From contig JBAZBY010000001.1 of assembly GCA_041671225.1 (NCBI GenBank), positions 366,940 to 430,939 of the forward strand: 64,000 nt of DNA, read 5' to 3'. The position numbers and the translations under genes were made by a program. The stretch is from Patescibacteria group bacterium (GTDB taxonomy: Bacteria > Patescibacteriota > Patescibacteriia > JBAZBY01). Below, one piece after another: positions 1 through 9,268 of the stretch (positions are counted from its first letter, which is position 1; each line of letters opens with the position of its first letter). The notes below the pieces were generated by a model. The model saw only the letters and a program-made list of their open reading frames with translations. It was not told where the DNA came from and did not search any database.

Positions 1-1035
1 ACGGATATTTTTGTCTACTTTAAAGAGTTCAAAAAGACCGCTGCGTCCGCTATACCCGCCGCCTTCAGCGCGTGTCGCATCTGGTGATGGACGGTAGAGT
101 TGTACTGGTTTTCCCGCTGGTAAACCAAGCTCTTTCACAATTTCATCAGGCGCGTCATAGCTTTCTTTTGTTTCATCATCCAGTACCCGCACAAGCCGTT
201 GTGCCATCACGCCGATCGTTGCGGAGGCGATGAGCACCCGTTCGATTCCCATATCAACAAGCCGCGTTATCGCACCGACGGCATCGTTGGTGTGGATAGT
301 AGTGAGCACAAGGTGGCCCGTGAGTGCTGCGCGGATGGCAATCTCTGCGGTATCACGATCGCGAATTTCACCAACAAGAATAATGTCCGGATCCTGTCGC
401 AGCAGAGAGCGAAGGCCATTTGCAAATGAGATATCGCCACCGGCTTGCGTCTGGCGGATCATGGGGAGCTGGTATTCTACGGGGTCTTCTAATGTGACGA
501 TGGTTTTGTCCGGGCTGTTGATGGCATTGAGCGTTGCGTAGAGTGAGGTTGTCTTACCAGAACCGTTTGGTCCAGAAACAAAAAGAATGCCATATGGCTG
601 ATGGATAAGCTTTTCCCATTCTTCCAATTGATCCTGCGCAAAGCCGAGGTACTCAAGCCCCATGAGCACGCGTGATTTATCCAGCAGGCGGAGCACCATG
701 TTCTCGCCATAGATGGTAGGGAACGTTGAAACGCGCACGTCGTATTGCTTGCCATCAAGCGAGGTATTAAAGCGGCCATCCTGCGGCTTGCGGCTTTCCG
801 CAATATCAAGACCAGCCATCACCTTAAAGCGTGAGAGTAATGGAGAATGCATTGAGATTTCATGTGTTTCTAGCTCCCGCATGACACCATCAACGCGAAG
901 ACGAATTCGAAGAATTTTATCTTCCGGTTCCAGATGAATATCTGATGCCGCGTTGAGTGCGGCGAGGCGCAGGAGGTCGGTCGCTGTCTGGATGATGACC
1001 CCCTCTTGAGATTCGATTTTTTCCTTACGTACCAT
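1..1035 (-). CDS. GspE/PilB-family secretion/pilus ATPase, short form, truncated by window start
   Basis: Manual translation from ATG at 1035: ASDIHLEP, RLRVDG, PQDGR, Walker A GPNGSGKTT, EDPVEY, LRQDPDIILVGEIRD, ALTGHLV. Absent from the ORF track because it runs off the edge. Confidence 0.93.
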   Translation of the reverse strand, partial: MVRKEKIESQEGVIIQTATDLLRLAALNAASDIHLEPEDKILRIRLRVDGVMRELETHEISMHSPLLSRFKVMAGLDIAESRKPQDGRFNTSLDGKQYDVRVSTFPTIYGENMVLRLLDKSRVLMGLEYLGFAQDQLEEWEKLIHQPYGILFVSGPNGSGKTTSLYATLNAINSPDKTIVTLEDPVEYQLPMIRQTQAGGDISFANGLRSLLRQDPDIILVGEIRDRDTAEIAIRAALTGHLVLTTIHTNDAVGAITRLVDMGIERVLIASATIGVMAQRLVRVLDDETKESYDAPDEIVKELGLPAGKPVQLYRPSPDATRAEGGGYSGRSGLFELFKVDKNIR

Positions 1036-1064
1036 AGCCTTTATTCTACGGGTTTCAGTAAGAA

Positions 1065-1093
1065 TTGACAACGGAATCTTGCTCTGGTACACT
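1065..1093 (+). promoter_or_regulatory. sigma70-type promoter of rpsP
   Basis: TTGACA-N17-TACACT with TG upstream of the -10. Confidence 0.7.
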
Positions 1094-1148
1094 CCGCCAT
1101 GCGCTTGAAATGGGAGCGCGCTCGAAATACTAAGAATTACTGCGACAT

Positions 1149-1550
1149 ATGTTGCGAATCCGCTTTGCCAGACACGGCAAGAAAAACCATGCAACGTACC
1201 GGATCATTGTTTCCGAACGTTCCTGGGATACAAAGGGGCGATACATAGAGTTACTAGGGCATCTTGACCCTCATACCAAACCGAAGACGGTTGTGCTTAA
1301 AGAAGACCGTTTAAAGTATTGGCTTTCTATGGGTGCACAGCCTTCCTTAACGGTGCATAATCTTCTTATTGAGCAGAAGATTATGGATGGCAAAAAAATA
1401 CCAACCGGTTATGCGAAGAAGAAGAAAACAGAAGGCGAAGAAGCTGAGGCTCCTGCAGCAGCCATAAAAGAGAAGCCGGCAGTAGAAGAGAAGAAAGAAG
1501 AGCCTGCTGAAGCAAAGATCGAAGAGAAGCCTGAAGAGAAAAAGGAATAA
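1149..1550 (+). CDS. rpsP: 30S ribosomal protein S16 with Glu/Lys-rich C-terminal tail
   Basis: MLRIRFARHGKKNHATYRIIV...GRYIELLG...GAQPS; rpsP-khpA-trmD context. Confidence 0.97.
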   Translation: MLRIRFARHGKKNHATYRIIVSERSWDTKGRYIELLGHLDPHTKPKTVVLKEDRLKYWLSMGAQPSLTVHNLLIEQKIMDGKKIPTGYAKKKKTEGEEAEAPAAAIKEKPAVEEKKEEPAEAKIEEKPEEKKE

Positions 1551-1551
1551 A

Positions 1552-1580
1552 TTGACAGGCCTCACGCCCATTCTTATAGT
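1552..1580 (+). promoter_or_regulatory. sigma70-type promoter of khpA
   Basis: TTGACA-N17-TATAGT. Confidence 0.7.
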
Positions 1581-1665
1581 AGAAGTGTTCCTGCGGGGAC
1601 TGGAGTATATGTCGGCCAGTATCCAGCAGTACCTTACATAATCAGAATCTTAAAGAAAATCTGCT

Positions 1666-2070
1666 ATGGCAGAACAGTACGATGACCAACAGTTCGTCGA
1701 GTACGTCGTCAAGGCGCTCGTTGACCGCCCGGATGATGTTTCTAGCGAACGCAAAGTCGATGAAATGGGAGTGCTCATCACACTCAAGGTAAACCCAGAA
1801 GATCTGGGTCAGGTGATTGGCCGTTCAGGCCAGACCGCCAAAGCGCTCCGCACACTGCTCCGCGTTGTTGGCGCAAAGAATCACGCACGCGTGAATCTCA
1901 AGATCTACGAACCGGAAGGCTATCGCAAAGAGGATAAAGCCCCGCGACGCGAAGGATTCCGCGATGACCGAAGAGATGATCGAAGAGACGACCGCCGCGA
2001 CGACCGTTCCAGCGCTCCGCGCCAGGAGATGGAAGCGCCGGAGTCAGTGGTTGACGACCTCAAACTCTAA
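1666..2070 (+). CDS. khpA: KH-domain RNA-binding protein (KhpA/YlqC family)
   Basis: DLGQVIGRSGQTAKALRTLL GxxG KH motif; position after rpsP. Confidence 0.92.
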   Translation: MAEQYDDQQFVEYVVKALVDRPDDVSSERKVDEMGVLITLKVNPEDLGQVIGRSGQTAKALRTLLRVVGAKNHARVNLKIYEPEGYRKEDKAPRREGFRDDRRDDRRDDRRDDRSSAPRQEMEAPESVVDDLKL

Positions 2071-2099
2071 CCCGCCTACGCCCAGCGGCTTCGGCAGGC
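2071..2099. repeat. short GC-rich palindromic repeat (family A)
   Basis: cccgcctacgcccagcggcttcggcaggc; related copies at 11813, 13730, 17991, 47750, 59827, 59965. Confidence 0.7.
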
Positions 2100-2166
2100 A
2101 AGTAGTGCAATAATTAAACTCCGCCTCGCAAGGGGCGGGGTTTTGGTTTATGGTACACTGTTTATT

Positions 2167-2829
2167 ATGAGGATCGATATCATCACCATCTTCCCAGATT
2201 TCTTTGACCAATTCCTTGAGGAAAGCATTTTGGCGCGTGCGCTCAAGAAGAAGCTCATCTCCATCCGCGTATGGGATCTGCGTCTGTTCACAGAGGACAA
2301 GCACCGCACCGTGGACGACCGTCCATACAGCGGCGGGCCAGGCATGCTCATGAAGGTGGATGTGCTGGTGCGTGCGCTTCGCGAGGTTGTCGGCAGTACA
2401 AAGACCATTGGCGTCAAAGGAACGCGTGTGTTGTTTATGGACGCGGGCGGGGAGCAGTTCACACAGAAGACTGCAGTGCAATTTTCCAAATTGGATCGCT
2501 TGGTATTGCTCTGCGGCCGGTATGAAGGCGTGGATGCGCGGGTGATGGACTATGTTGATGGCCGCGTTTCCATCGGGCCATATGTGTTGAATGGCGGCGA
2601 AGTCGCGGCCATGGCCGTTGTGGAAGCAAGCATGCGTCTGCTTCCGGGAGTGCTGGGGCATGAAGATTCCGCAAAGGATGAATCACACAGTGAAGAAGGT
2701 GTGCTGGAATATCCGCAGTACACGCGACCGGAGGAATTTGAGGGGAAGAAGGTGCCGGAGATATTGCTTTCCGGCGACCATGCAAAGATCGCCGCGTGGC
2801 GGAAGCAACAAAAGCGGAAACGCACATGA
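2167..2829 (+). CDS. trmD: tRNA (guanine-N1)-methyltransferase
   Basis: MRIDIITIFP, HRTVDDRPYSGGPGM, CGRYEGVDAR, SIGPYVLNGGE, LEYPQYTRP. Confidence 0.97.
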   Translation: MRIDIITIFPDFFDQFLEESILARALKKKLISIRVWDLRLFTEDKHRTVDDRPYSGGPGMLMKVDVLVRALREVVGSTKTIGVKGTRVLFMDAGGEQFTQKTAVQFSKLDRLVLLCGRYEGVDARVMDYVDGRVSIGPYVLNGGEVAAMAVVEASMRLLPGVLGHEDSAKDESHSEEGVLEYPQYTRPEEFEGKKVPEILLSGDHAKIAAWRKQQKRKRT

Positions 2830-3557
2830 AGCTCTTCGGGAAAACGATTGGCAAAGGGGAAGTTGGCCTCGTTATCGGCCTTGGGCTTGTTATTGTTTAT
2901 ATAGTCGTTGTGGGAAATTTGCCCGGACTTCGTTCTTGGATTGCAGATCTTTTTGCGAACGCAGAACATTGGAGCCCGGCATATGCATATTGGAGCGCGT
3001 TTCTTGTTGCCGGGCTTTCCAATTCCACCATCATCTTCCCATTTCCATACACCGCATATCTCATCCTTTTGGGGAGCGTCGGTTTTAACCCCTGGGCGCT
3101 CGGGATTTTTGCGGGGCTCGGCGCTGCACTTGGGGAGATTACCGCTTACTTCACTGGCCGGTTCGGCCGTGCGCTGCTGAATGATGAGAAGAAAAAAAAT
3201 CTCGCTTTTCTCCGCGAACTCATCGCGCAGAAACATTGGCGTGTGGCCCTTTTTCTTTTCCTTCTCGGATGTACCCCAATTCCAGATGATATTTTTCTGA
3301 TCCCGCTTGGGCTCCTCAAGTACCCATTTTGGCGCGCGATATGGCCCATGGCGCTTGGGAAGGTTGTGCTCACATATATCTTTGCGGCAACCGGGAGTGC
3401 TGCGGGGACGGGCTTGCAGGATGTTGCGGCAGGGGAAGAGAGCATATGGCTGCAGGTCGCGTCCCTTGTTGGTGTCGTGGTGGTTCTATACTTTGTCAGT
3501 AAGATCAACTGGGATACGTTCGTGCATAGATTTTTTGGGAAGAAGGCGGAGAAATAG
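2826..3557 (+). CDS. VTT/DedA (SNARE-associated) membrane protein
   Basis: GLGAALGEITAYFTGR and TPIPDD motifs, several TM helices; ATGA overlap with trmD. Confidence 0.8.
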   Translation: MKLFGKTIGKGEVGLVIGLGLVIVYIVVVGNLPGLRSWIADLFANAEHWSPAYAYWSAFLVAGLSNSTIIFPFPYTAYLILLGSVGFNPWALGIFAGLGAALGEITAYFTGRFGRALLNDEKKKNLAFLRELIAQKHWRVALFLFLLGCTPIPDDIFLIPLGLLKYPFWRAIWPMALGKVVLTYIFAATGSAAGTGLQDVAAGEESIWLQVASLVGVVVVLYFVSKINWDTFVHRFFGKKAEK

Positions 3558-3614
3558 TTTAAGGGAAAACAAAAAAGCAGGTTTTTGATGAGAACCTGCC
3601 ATGATACGGGAAAA

Positions 3615-4226
3615 CTATTTTTCGAACCAAACCCCGTGTCTATCCCGGGAAATTTTGACCGCGATCGCCGTTAGAAGAAGAATAAATACTATTGATGTTT
3701 CTGAGAACAAAAATCCAAATATTTGCGCCATATACAGAGTTGCGCTTAATAAGAGGATGATGAGGGATAGCACTTGGTATTTTTTGCGAAAATGACGCTC
3801 AATGATCGATACATGGCCGTATTGGTAGAACATCAGTCCGGCTAGTGTGATGATGATCGTCATTGTGCGGAGGAAGACGTCGCCGGTGATGACATTGATG
3901 ACCAATGGGATCGCCACGATAAGGAAATAGACCCCAAAATACTCACTGAAGATATCTCCCGTGACCATGCTCCGTTGGAATCCCTTTTCACTATTATTGG
4001 AAATATCGATTGCGGCGTTCGTATATATGAGAGTGGAAAAAAGGAACCCGAAGATGCTCACAATAAGAAAGGCGATAGGAACCCGCACCGTTTGGTCAAA
4101 ATTCTGGAAGGAAGTGAGAAGAAGGCCAGTAAAAAAAACCGTTACGGCGGTCATGAATGACGTAAAAGAGACGTTCGTCTGTACGTGAGTTTGGAAATTT
4201 TCGAGGTTGATTTTTTTCTTAAACAT
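3615..4226 (-). CDS. hypothetical multi-pass membrane protein
   Basis: 203-aa ORF with about 6 hydrophobic segments, AT-rich. Confidence 0.7.
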   Translation of the reverse strand: MFKKKINLENFQTHVQTNVSFTSFMTAVTVFFTGLLLTSFQNFDQTVRVPIAFLIVSIFGFLFSTLIYTNAAIDISNNSEKGFQRSMVTGDIFSEYFGVYFLIVAIPLVINVITGDVFLRTMTIIITLAGLMFYQYGHVSIIERHFRKKYQVLSLIILLLSATLYMAQIFGFLFSETSIVFILLLTAIAVKISRDRHGVWFEK

Positions 4227-4308
4227 ATTTATTTACTATCTCCTTATAGAATCATGGAAATAACATCATACGTCAAGTTGATGGGATTTCATTGAGGACG
4301 ATTTGGAT

Positions 4309-4348
4309 GAAAAAAAAGCGGCCTCGTCTGACGAATCAGACGAGGCCG
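4309..4348 (-). terminator. intrinsic terminator of the 4384-5500 cassette
   Basis: cggcctcgtctga/tcagacgaggccg perfect stem plus T run on the minus strand. Confidence 0.8.
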
Positions 4349-4383
4349 GTTAGGGCGGGCGGGGGCAGCGCATGCTGACCTCC

Positions 4384-4962
4384 CTATAAAGGAACGACGA
4401 GCGCGATCCGGGCGAAGGAGCTTCCTTCGCGCGTTTTTCCGAGAAAGCTATAGAGCGTTCCTCGGGAAGTGGCGTACGAGAGTACTCCGCCGATCATGCG
4501 GGTGTCTGTACCGGTCTGGAGTATGCCTTCCACCTGCGCGCCGATCCCGACCATCGGGATGATGCCGTTCATCACTACATAGGTGCGGTAGGTGAACGTG
4601 GGTTTGGCGTCCGGGCTGAACGCTGCGAGATTCCAGCTTTGGCAGTCCCACGTGCTGTCCGTATAGATGAGAAATACCTCTGGCAGGACACTCCAAGTCT
4701 GGATTTCACCGCCAACGTAGTTCACCGCGGCCAAGGGCTGCACCAGTAGGTTGCCGAGCGCGAAGGTGGGGCCGATTTCAAGCCCTGCCCAGCCAGCCGT
4801 GGAAGTGATGGCGTTGAGGTTCCATCCATCCTTCTCATGAAACAGCCAGGTGGTGTATTCGCCATCATGTTCCACACGCAGGATGTTGATTTCCTCGGCA
4901 TTGGCGAACGAGGGGGCCACAAGAGAAACGAGAACGAGCAGAAGCGCGAACGTGCGGGTCAT
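4384..4962 (-). CDS. secreted ORFan, beta-barrel-like (SD-cassette class)
   Basis: Signal peptide ending SFANA; beta-strand-like alternating residues rich in G/W/Y/F; weak SD (CAGGT). Confidence 0.7.
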   Translation of the reverse strand: MTRTFALLLVLVSLVAPSFANAEEINILRVEHDGEYTTWLFHEKDGWNLNAITSTAGWAGLEIGPTFALGNLLVQPLAAVNYVGGEIQTWSVLPEVFLIYTDSTWDCQSWNLAAFSPDAKPTFTYRTYVVMNGIIPMVGIGAQVEGILQTGTDTRMIGGVLSYATSRGTLYSFLGKTREGSSFARIALVVPL

Positions 4963-5119
4963 GGTGACCTGTCTTTCTCAGGCCAGAGGCCTGTGTAGGT
5001 TTTCGACGAACGATCAGCTTACTTCCCACCACAATCTCTCAACAAGTGAGAGACTTTGGCGGGAGTAGGAATGTTCGGGGGGCAACATTCCTACTTGAAG
5101 AGCGGAGAGAAAGAGCGGG

Positions 5120-5500
5120 TCAGAGGGAGGGCTCAGGAGCGACAGGACTGTCATTTGCTTCGACGAGCCAGAGGCCGTCGATATGGGTGACGTCGGGTGG
5201 GTGACATCGATAGTTGGAGGGACTCCCCCCGGGGCTCCATTCAATGGAGTAGAAGCCCCTTGGCTCCGGGCGCAGGATGTTCACCGATGCGTATACCTTT
5301 TCACCGGGGTTGTACGCCAACCTGAATGCTTCCAGCCACGCCTGCTGATAGTCGGGCGTGACGTACCCTGCAAGTGCTTCACGCACCGCAGGGACGGACA
5401 TCAGGAACCCGATGTCCACGAGCCGGAAGGCCTTTTTCCCTTCGAGCTCATCCCATCCATCAAGAACGAACACTTCTCCAACTTTCGGAAAAGGTAGCAT
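5120..5500 (-). CDS. hypothetical protein (SD-cassette class)
   Basis: 126-aa ORF with AAGGAG SD; upstream promoter at 5597-5625. Confidence 0.65.
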   Translation of the reverse strand: MLPFPKVGEVFVLDGWDELEGKKAFRLVDIGFLMSVPAVREALAGYVTPDYQQAWLEAFRLAYNPGEKVYASVNILRPEPRGFYSIEWSPGGSPSNYRCHPPDVTHIDGLWLVEANDSPVAPEPSL

Positions 5501-5596
5501 GATGCACTCCTTATCTGGCGCTAGGCGCCGGTTTTGACTTGTGACAGAGCGGTTTTTGCAGTGTTAGGTCTCTTTGGTCTTTTAGCCTAACTGGGT

Positions 5597-5625
5597 ATCC
5601 TACCATAAATAGAACAAGTTGTCAA
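5597..5625 (-). promoter_or_regulatory. sigma70-type promoter of cassette
   Basis: TTGACA-N17-TAGGAT with extended TG. Confidence 0.65.
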
Positions 5626-5714
5626 TATACCTGACAATAGGAAATCCATACTAAGTACGAAAATACTACAATATATTGAATATTGTTGAATCCTAGAATA
5701 TTCTGCTACAATTC

Positions 5715-5743
5715 TTGACACTTTTCCTCTTTCGGCGTACACT
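5715..5743 (+). promoter_or_regulatory. promoter giving a leaderless-like transcript
   Basis: TTGACA-N17-TACACT, ATG 6 nt downstream. Confidence 0.7.
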
Positions 5744-5749
5744 GCATAT

Positions 5750-6490
5750 ATGGATATTCAGGAAGCATTGACCGAACTCAACCTCACTCCCCGCGAGGCA
5801 CAGATATACCTCGCATTATTGGAAATGGGGCAAGCAACGCCTCTGAAATTGTCCACCAGGACCGGGCTCAAGCGGCCAACCGTATATTTGGATCTGGAAT
5901 CACTGCGCAGGAAGAAACTTGCCGGGTTGGCATTCCAAGGGAAGAAGTCGGTTTATGTGCCGGAGTCTCCCACAACGCTGGTGCGCCTCATGGAGGAACA
6001 GGAGCGTAAGGCAAAGGAGATCCTTCCGTTGCTCAAGGCCCTGGAGAACAAAGGCGGCAAAAAGCCGCAGATCCGGTATTTTGACCAGTCGGACGACATT
6101 GCGCGCGTATGGGACACGGAACTCTTCCGCGCAAAGGAAGTCGCCTTCATAACCAGTCTTACCAAGCTGGAGGCGCAGTATCCTGTTGTGACCGACGGTA
6201 CGGACAAGCTCATCACCGCAGGACGGTTCACGAAGTACCGCGAGATCCTCACGCCAACAAAAGAAGACCGCGCGTATGCAGCAAAACCGCACCCCGTCGA
6301 GCGCGGCATGCGCATCGCGCCTGCGGATTTTGATTACCACACGGACATCGAGCTCTGGGAGGACAACGTCGGGTTGTATTCCATTGACGGTCGGTATCTG
6401 TTGGTGATCACGGATGCGAGCATTGTGAAATCATTCCGCGCACTGTTTGAGCAGCTTTGGAAGGTTTCTACGGTGCCAAAGAAATCGTGA
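5750..6490 (+). CDS. TrmB-family transcriptional regulator
   Basis: LTPREAQIYLALLEMG...TGLKRPTVY winged HTH; architecture common in CPR. Confidence 0.88.
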   Translation: MDIQEALTELNLTPREAQIYLALLEMGQATPLKLSTRTGLKRPTVYLDLESLRRKKLAGLAFQGKKSVYVPESPTTLVRLMEEQERKAKEILPLLKALENKGGKKPQIRYFDQSDDIARVWDTELFRAKEVAFITSLTKLEAQYPVVTDGTDKLITAGRFTKYREILTPTKEDRAYAAKPHPVERGMRIAPADFDYHTDIELWEDNVGLYSIDGRYLLVITDASIVKSFRALFEQLWKVSTVPKKS

Positions 6491-6502
6491 TACACTACAC
6501 AT

Positions 6503-6862
6503 ATGAGCGAAGAAAAGGATTTAACCCTCAAACAAGCCCAAGCAGCGGTGAAGGCCTTTGCCGAGCGGAACGGCTGGGAAGACAAGCCGAATATAGACAA
6601 ACTGGATCACCTCCACGAGGAGCTGGTGGAAATTTCTCAGCACATCCGCTATAAGAGCGAGCAGGAGCGCGAGGATTTTGTGCGTCAGAACAAAGACCTT
6701 TTCACCGAAGAGATTGCTGATTTGCTGTTTGGCGTGTGCCGCGTGGCAAATCAGTTTGGCGTGGACTTGGAAGAAGGATTTGCCATGGTGCAAGAAAAGA
6801 TTTTGAAGAAGTACGGCAAGGGGAAGGAGAACAACATCGCATGGAAAAAGAAAACGCAATGA
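6503..6862 (+). CDS. MazG-like nucleotide pyrophosphohydrolase
   Basis: HLHEELVEI...EEIADLLF...ANQFGVDLEE. Confidence 0.8.
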   Translation: MSEEKDLTLKQAQAAVKAFAERNGWEDKPNIDKLDHLHEELVEISQHIRYKSEQEREDFVRQNKDLFTEEIADLLFGVCRVANQFGVDLEEGFAMVQEKILKKYGKGKENNIAWKKKTQ

Positions 6863-7113
6863 AATCGCAATTTCACTTCACCCTTGGTACCCTCCTCGCA
6901 TTTGCTGGCGGTCTCTTACTTCTCACCTTTGGGTTATTTCTTCTATGGCTGGTAGCAGACGATGACCGTTACATTTGGGCTATCAATGGTCCGGGATTTT
7001 TTGCACAGATTGGAGGAGTGCAGTGGTCGCTCTTTGGTTTTATTGCTCCAGTTCTTGGCCTTGGACTTATCATAACTTCACTTATGATGGCACATTCAGC
7101 ATCAAAGAAATGA
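6859..7113 (+). CDS. small membrane protein
   Basis: MKSQFHF..., two TM segments; ATGA overlap with the MazG-like gene and overlap with msrA. Confidence 0.65.
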   Translation: MKSQFHFTLGTLLAFAGGLLLLTFGLFLLWLVADDDRYIWAINGPGFFAQIGGVQWSLFGFIAPVLGLGLIITSLMMAHSASKK

Positions 7114-7613
7114 TGAATGCGCAGATCGCTTACTTTGCAGGAGGATGTTTTTGGGGGATAGAGGAAGCCTTCCGTCACTTACCTGGTGTTGTTGATGCAG
7201 AATCCGGATATATAGGTGGGCATACGGAGAACCCGAGTTATGAAGATGTCTGCTCGCATACCACGGGCCATGCAGAGACGGTGAAGGTGACGTATGACCC
7301 GGAGAACATATCATACGAGGAACTCCTGCGCGTCTTTTTTGACATTCACAATCCCACGCACGTGAACCGCCAGGGACAGGATGTGGGCGATCAGTACCGC
7401 ACGGAGATCTTTTATGCGGATGATACACAGAAGGCTGCGGCAGAAAAAGCCAAAACAGTGCTGGAGCAATCAGGGAAGCATGACAAACCCATTGCCACGG
7501 CCATCACCAAAGCGCCCGTGTTTTACCGCGCAGAGGAATATCATCAGCATTATTTGGAAAAGAATCCTGGTGCGCCGTGTCACGTACCAAGTAAGTATGT
7601 GCAGCATCGGTAG
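7110..7613 (+). CDS. msrA: peptide-methionine (S)-S-oxide reductase
   Basis: FAGGCFWG, GYIGG, TGHAE, QGQDVGDQYR, AEEYHQHY. Confidence 0.97.
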   Translation: MMNAQIAYFAGGCFWGIEEAFRHLPGVVDAESGYIGGHTENPSYEDVCSHTTGHAETVKVTYDPENISYEELLRVFFDIHNPTHVNRQGQDVGDQYRTEIFYADDTQKAAAEKAKTVLEQSGKHDKPIATAITKAPVFYRAEEYHQHYLEKNPGAPCHVPSKYVQHR

Positions 7614-7614
7614 T

Positions 7615-8580
7615 ATGATTCCTATTCGCAACAAGGGCATTGCCACACATCTCATAGAATTCCACGCATCGGATGGCATTAAGCTTTCCGGTCTGCTGTA
7701 CCTGCCAAAGCAAAAGACGAGCACAGTGGTGATTTCATTACATGGAACCGGCGGCGGGTCAGTGTTCTATGCGACGGATCGCACGAATACGATGGGTGCG
7801 GCATTTGCAGAACGTGGTGTGGCATTTTTACCATTCAACAACCGGGGCGCAGGGCTCATCCAGCCGCATAAGCAACGCATCGGAAACAAGACAAAAAGAG
7901 TTTACTATGGAAGCGGATTGGAGCTCATTAAGGATGCAGTGTTGGATATTGATGGTGCAGTCGCCTATGCGCGCTCGCTTGGATATACGCGTATTTTTCT
8001 TGCTGGCGCTTCCACCGGTGCGAACAAGATCTGCGTGTACCATGCCTCGTCCATAGGCCTACGGCCGAGGGCAAAGAGCCCGCGGAATCGCGTGACCGGC
8101 TATATACTGCTCGGCGGCGGGGATGACACTGGCCTGCTCTATACTGATCTTGGCAAGCGGAAGTTTTACAAATTATTGGACGAAGTAAAAAAGAAGGTGA
8201 AAGCAGGACACGGCGATGAAGTGGTTCCGTTCACCACTGGCGTGCCAAAGTACATGACGTGGCAGGCATTGTATGACATGGCGAATCCGGACGGGTTATA
8301 TAACTGCTTCCCATTCCGCGAGGCGATGCGTGGCGAGCCAAAGTCCAGAAAGCCCCTGTTCCACCTGCTCAAAAAGATCACCAAGCCGAGCCTGGTGCTG
8401 TATGGCAGTGAGGATGAATATTGCTATGGTGATGTTCCGCGCGTTGTGGAATTGTTAAAAGATGCTGTGAGGGGAAAGAAGCATTTTACGTTTATGGTGC
8501 TGCAAGGTGCTGATCACAGCTACCACAAGAAAGAGAAGCAACTCACCCGCATGATGCATGCGTGGATGCATCGCGTGTGA
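7615..8580 (+). CDS. alpha/beta hydrolase (DUF1749-like)
   Basis: LHG oxyanion motif, GASTG nucleophile elbow, GSEDE, GADHSY. Confidence 0.85.
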   Translation: MIPIRNKGIATHLIEFHASDGIKLSGLLYLPKQKTSTVVISLHGTGGGSVFYATDRTNTMGAAFAERGVAFLPFNNRGAGLIQPHKQRIGNKTKRVYYGSGLELIKDAVLDIDGAVAYARSLGYTRIFLAGASTGANKICVYHASSIGLRPRAKSPRNRVTGYILLGGGDDTGLLYTDLGKRKFYKLLDEVKKKVKAGHGDEVVPFTTGVPKYMTWQALYDMANPDGLYNCFPFREAMRGEPKSRKPLFHLLKKITKPSLVLYGSEDEYCYGDVPRVVELLKDAVRGKKHFTFMVLQGADHSYHKKEKQLTRMMHAWMHRV

Positions 8581-8630
8581 TACAGTAGCCATATGGAACG
8601 TAAGCATGCAACATAATAGTAAGCAAATTT

Positions 8631-9149
8631 ATGGCCATGGAAAAGAAGATCCAATATAAGTTCCCCATAGAAGATGTTGTGGTGCTTGAGCAACGCCTTC
8701 AAGACAAGGGGATTACCTTAACCGATCCCGTTGCGCACGAGTATACATATTATGAACTCCCGAAAGCAGGGGGTGCATTCACCGTGCTCCGATTGAAGGT
8801 GTCGCAGGGCAAAGCAGCAGTTGATATGAAGATACGCAACGATGCGAATGGCGAATGGCAACACTTTGAATGCGCGGTTGACGATGCAGTACAGGTAGAT
8901 GCGATCCTTACGAACATCGGGTGCAAGAAGATCGTGACGTTCCACAAGACACGACGGACGAACATCGGCGACGTGCTTCGTTTGGATCTTGATTCCACAC
9001 CGGAAGCGGGTACGTTCCTTGAAGTGAAATTCTCCGCAGAGAAGCAGCACGAAGCAGAGGAACAGTTGCGCGCGGTCGGCATTGATCCTGGTACGCACGA
9101 CAAGAGGAGTGTGCTTGAGATTTATATGATGAAGAAGGGCAGTAGATAA
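8631..9149 (+). CDS. CYTH-domain (class IV adenylate cyclase-like) protein
   Basis: QYKF, LRLK, FHKTRR, LDLD, GTFLEV; some ExExK glutamates are substituted. Confidence 0.75.
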   Translation: MAMEKKIQYKFPIEDVVVLEQRLQDKGITLTDPVAHEYTYYELPKAGGAFTVLRLKVSQGKAAVDMKIRNDANGEWQHFECAVDDAVQVDAILTNIGCKKIVTFHKTRRTNIGDVLRLDLDSTPEAGTFLEVKFSAEKQHEAEEQLRAVGIDPGTHDKRSVLEIYMMKKGSR

Positions 9150-9161
9150 TGGAACGCGACC

Positions 9162-9252
9162 CTTCGAGGCCCGCTTCGCGGGCGCCTCAGGGTGACAAAC
9201 GCCTGTCATGCTGAGGTGCGAGTTCCGGGCTTTGCCGGGACGAGCCTCGAAG
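9162..9252. repeat. REP-like inverted doublet
   Basis: cttcgaggc...cctcagggtgaca followed by tgtcatgctgagg...gcctcgaag, each with an internal hairpin. Confidence 0.7.
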
Positions 9253-9268
9253 CATAACGCATAGCTTT

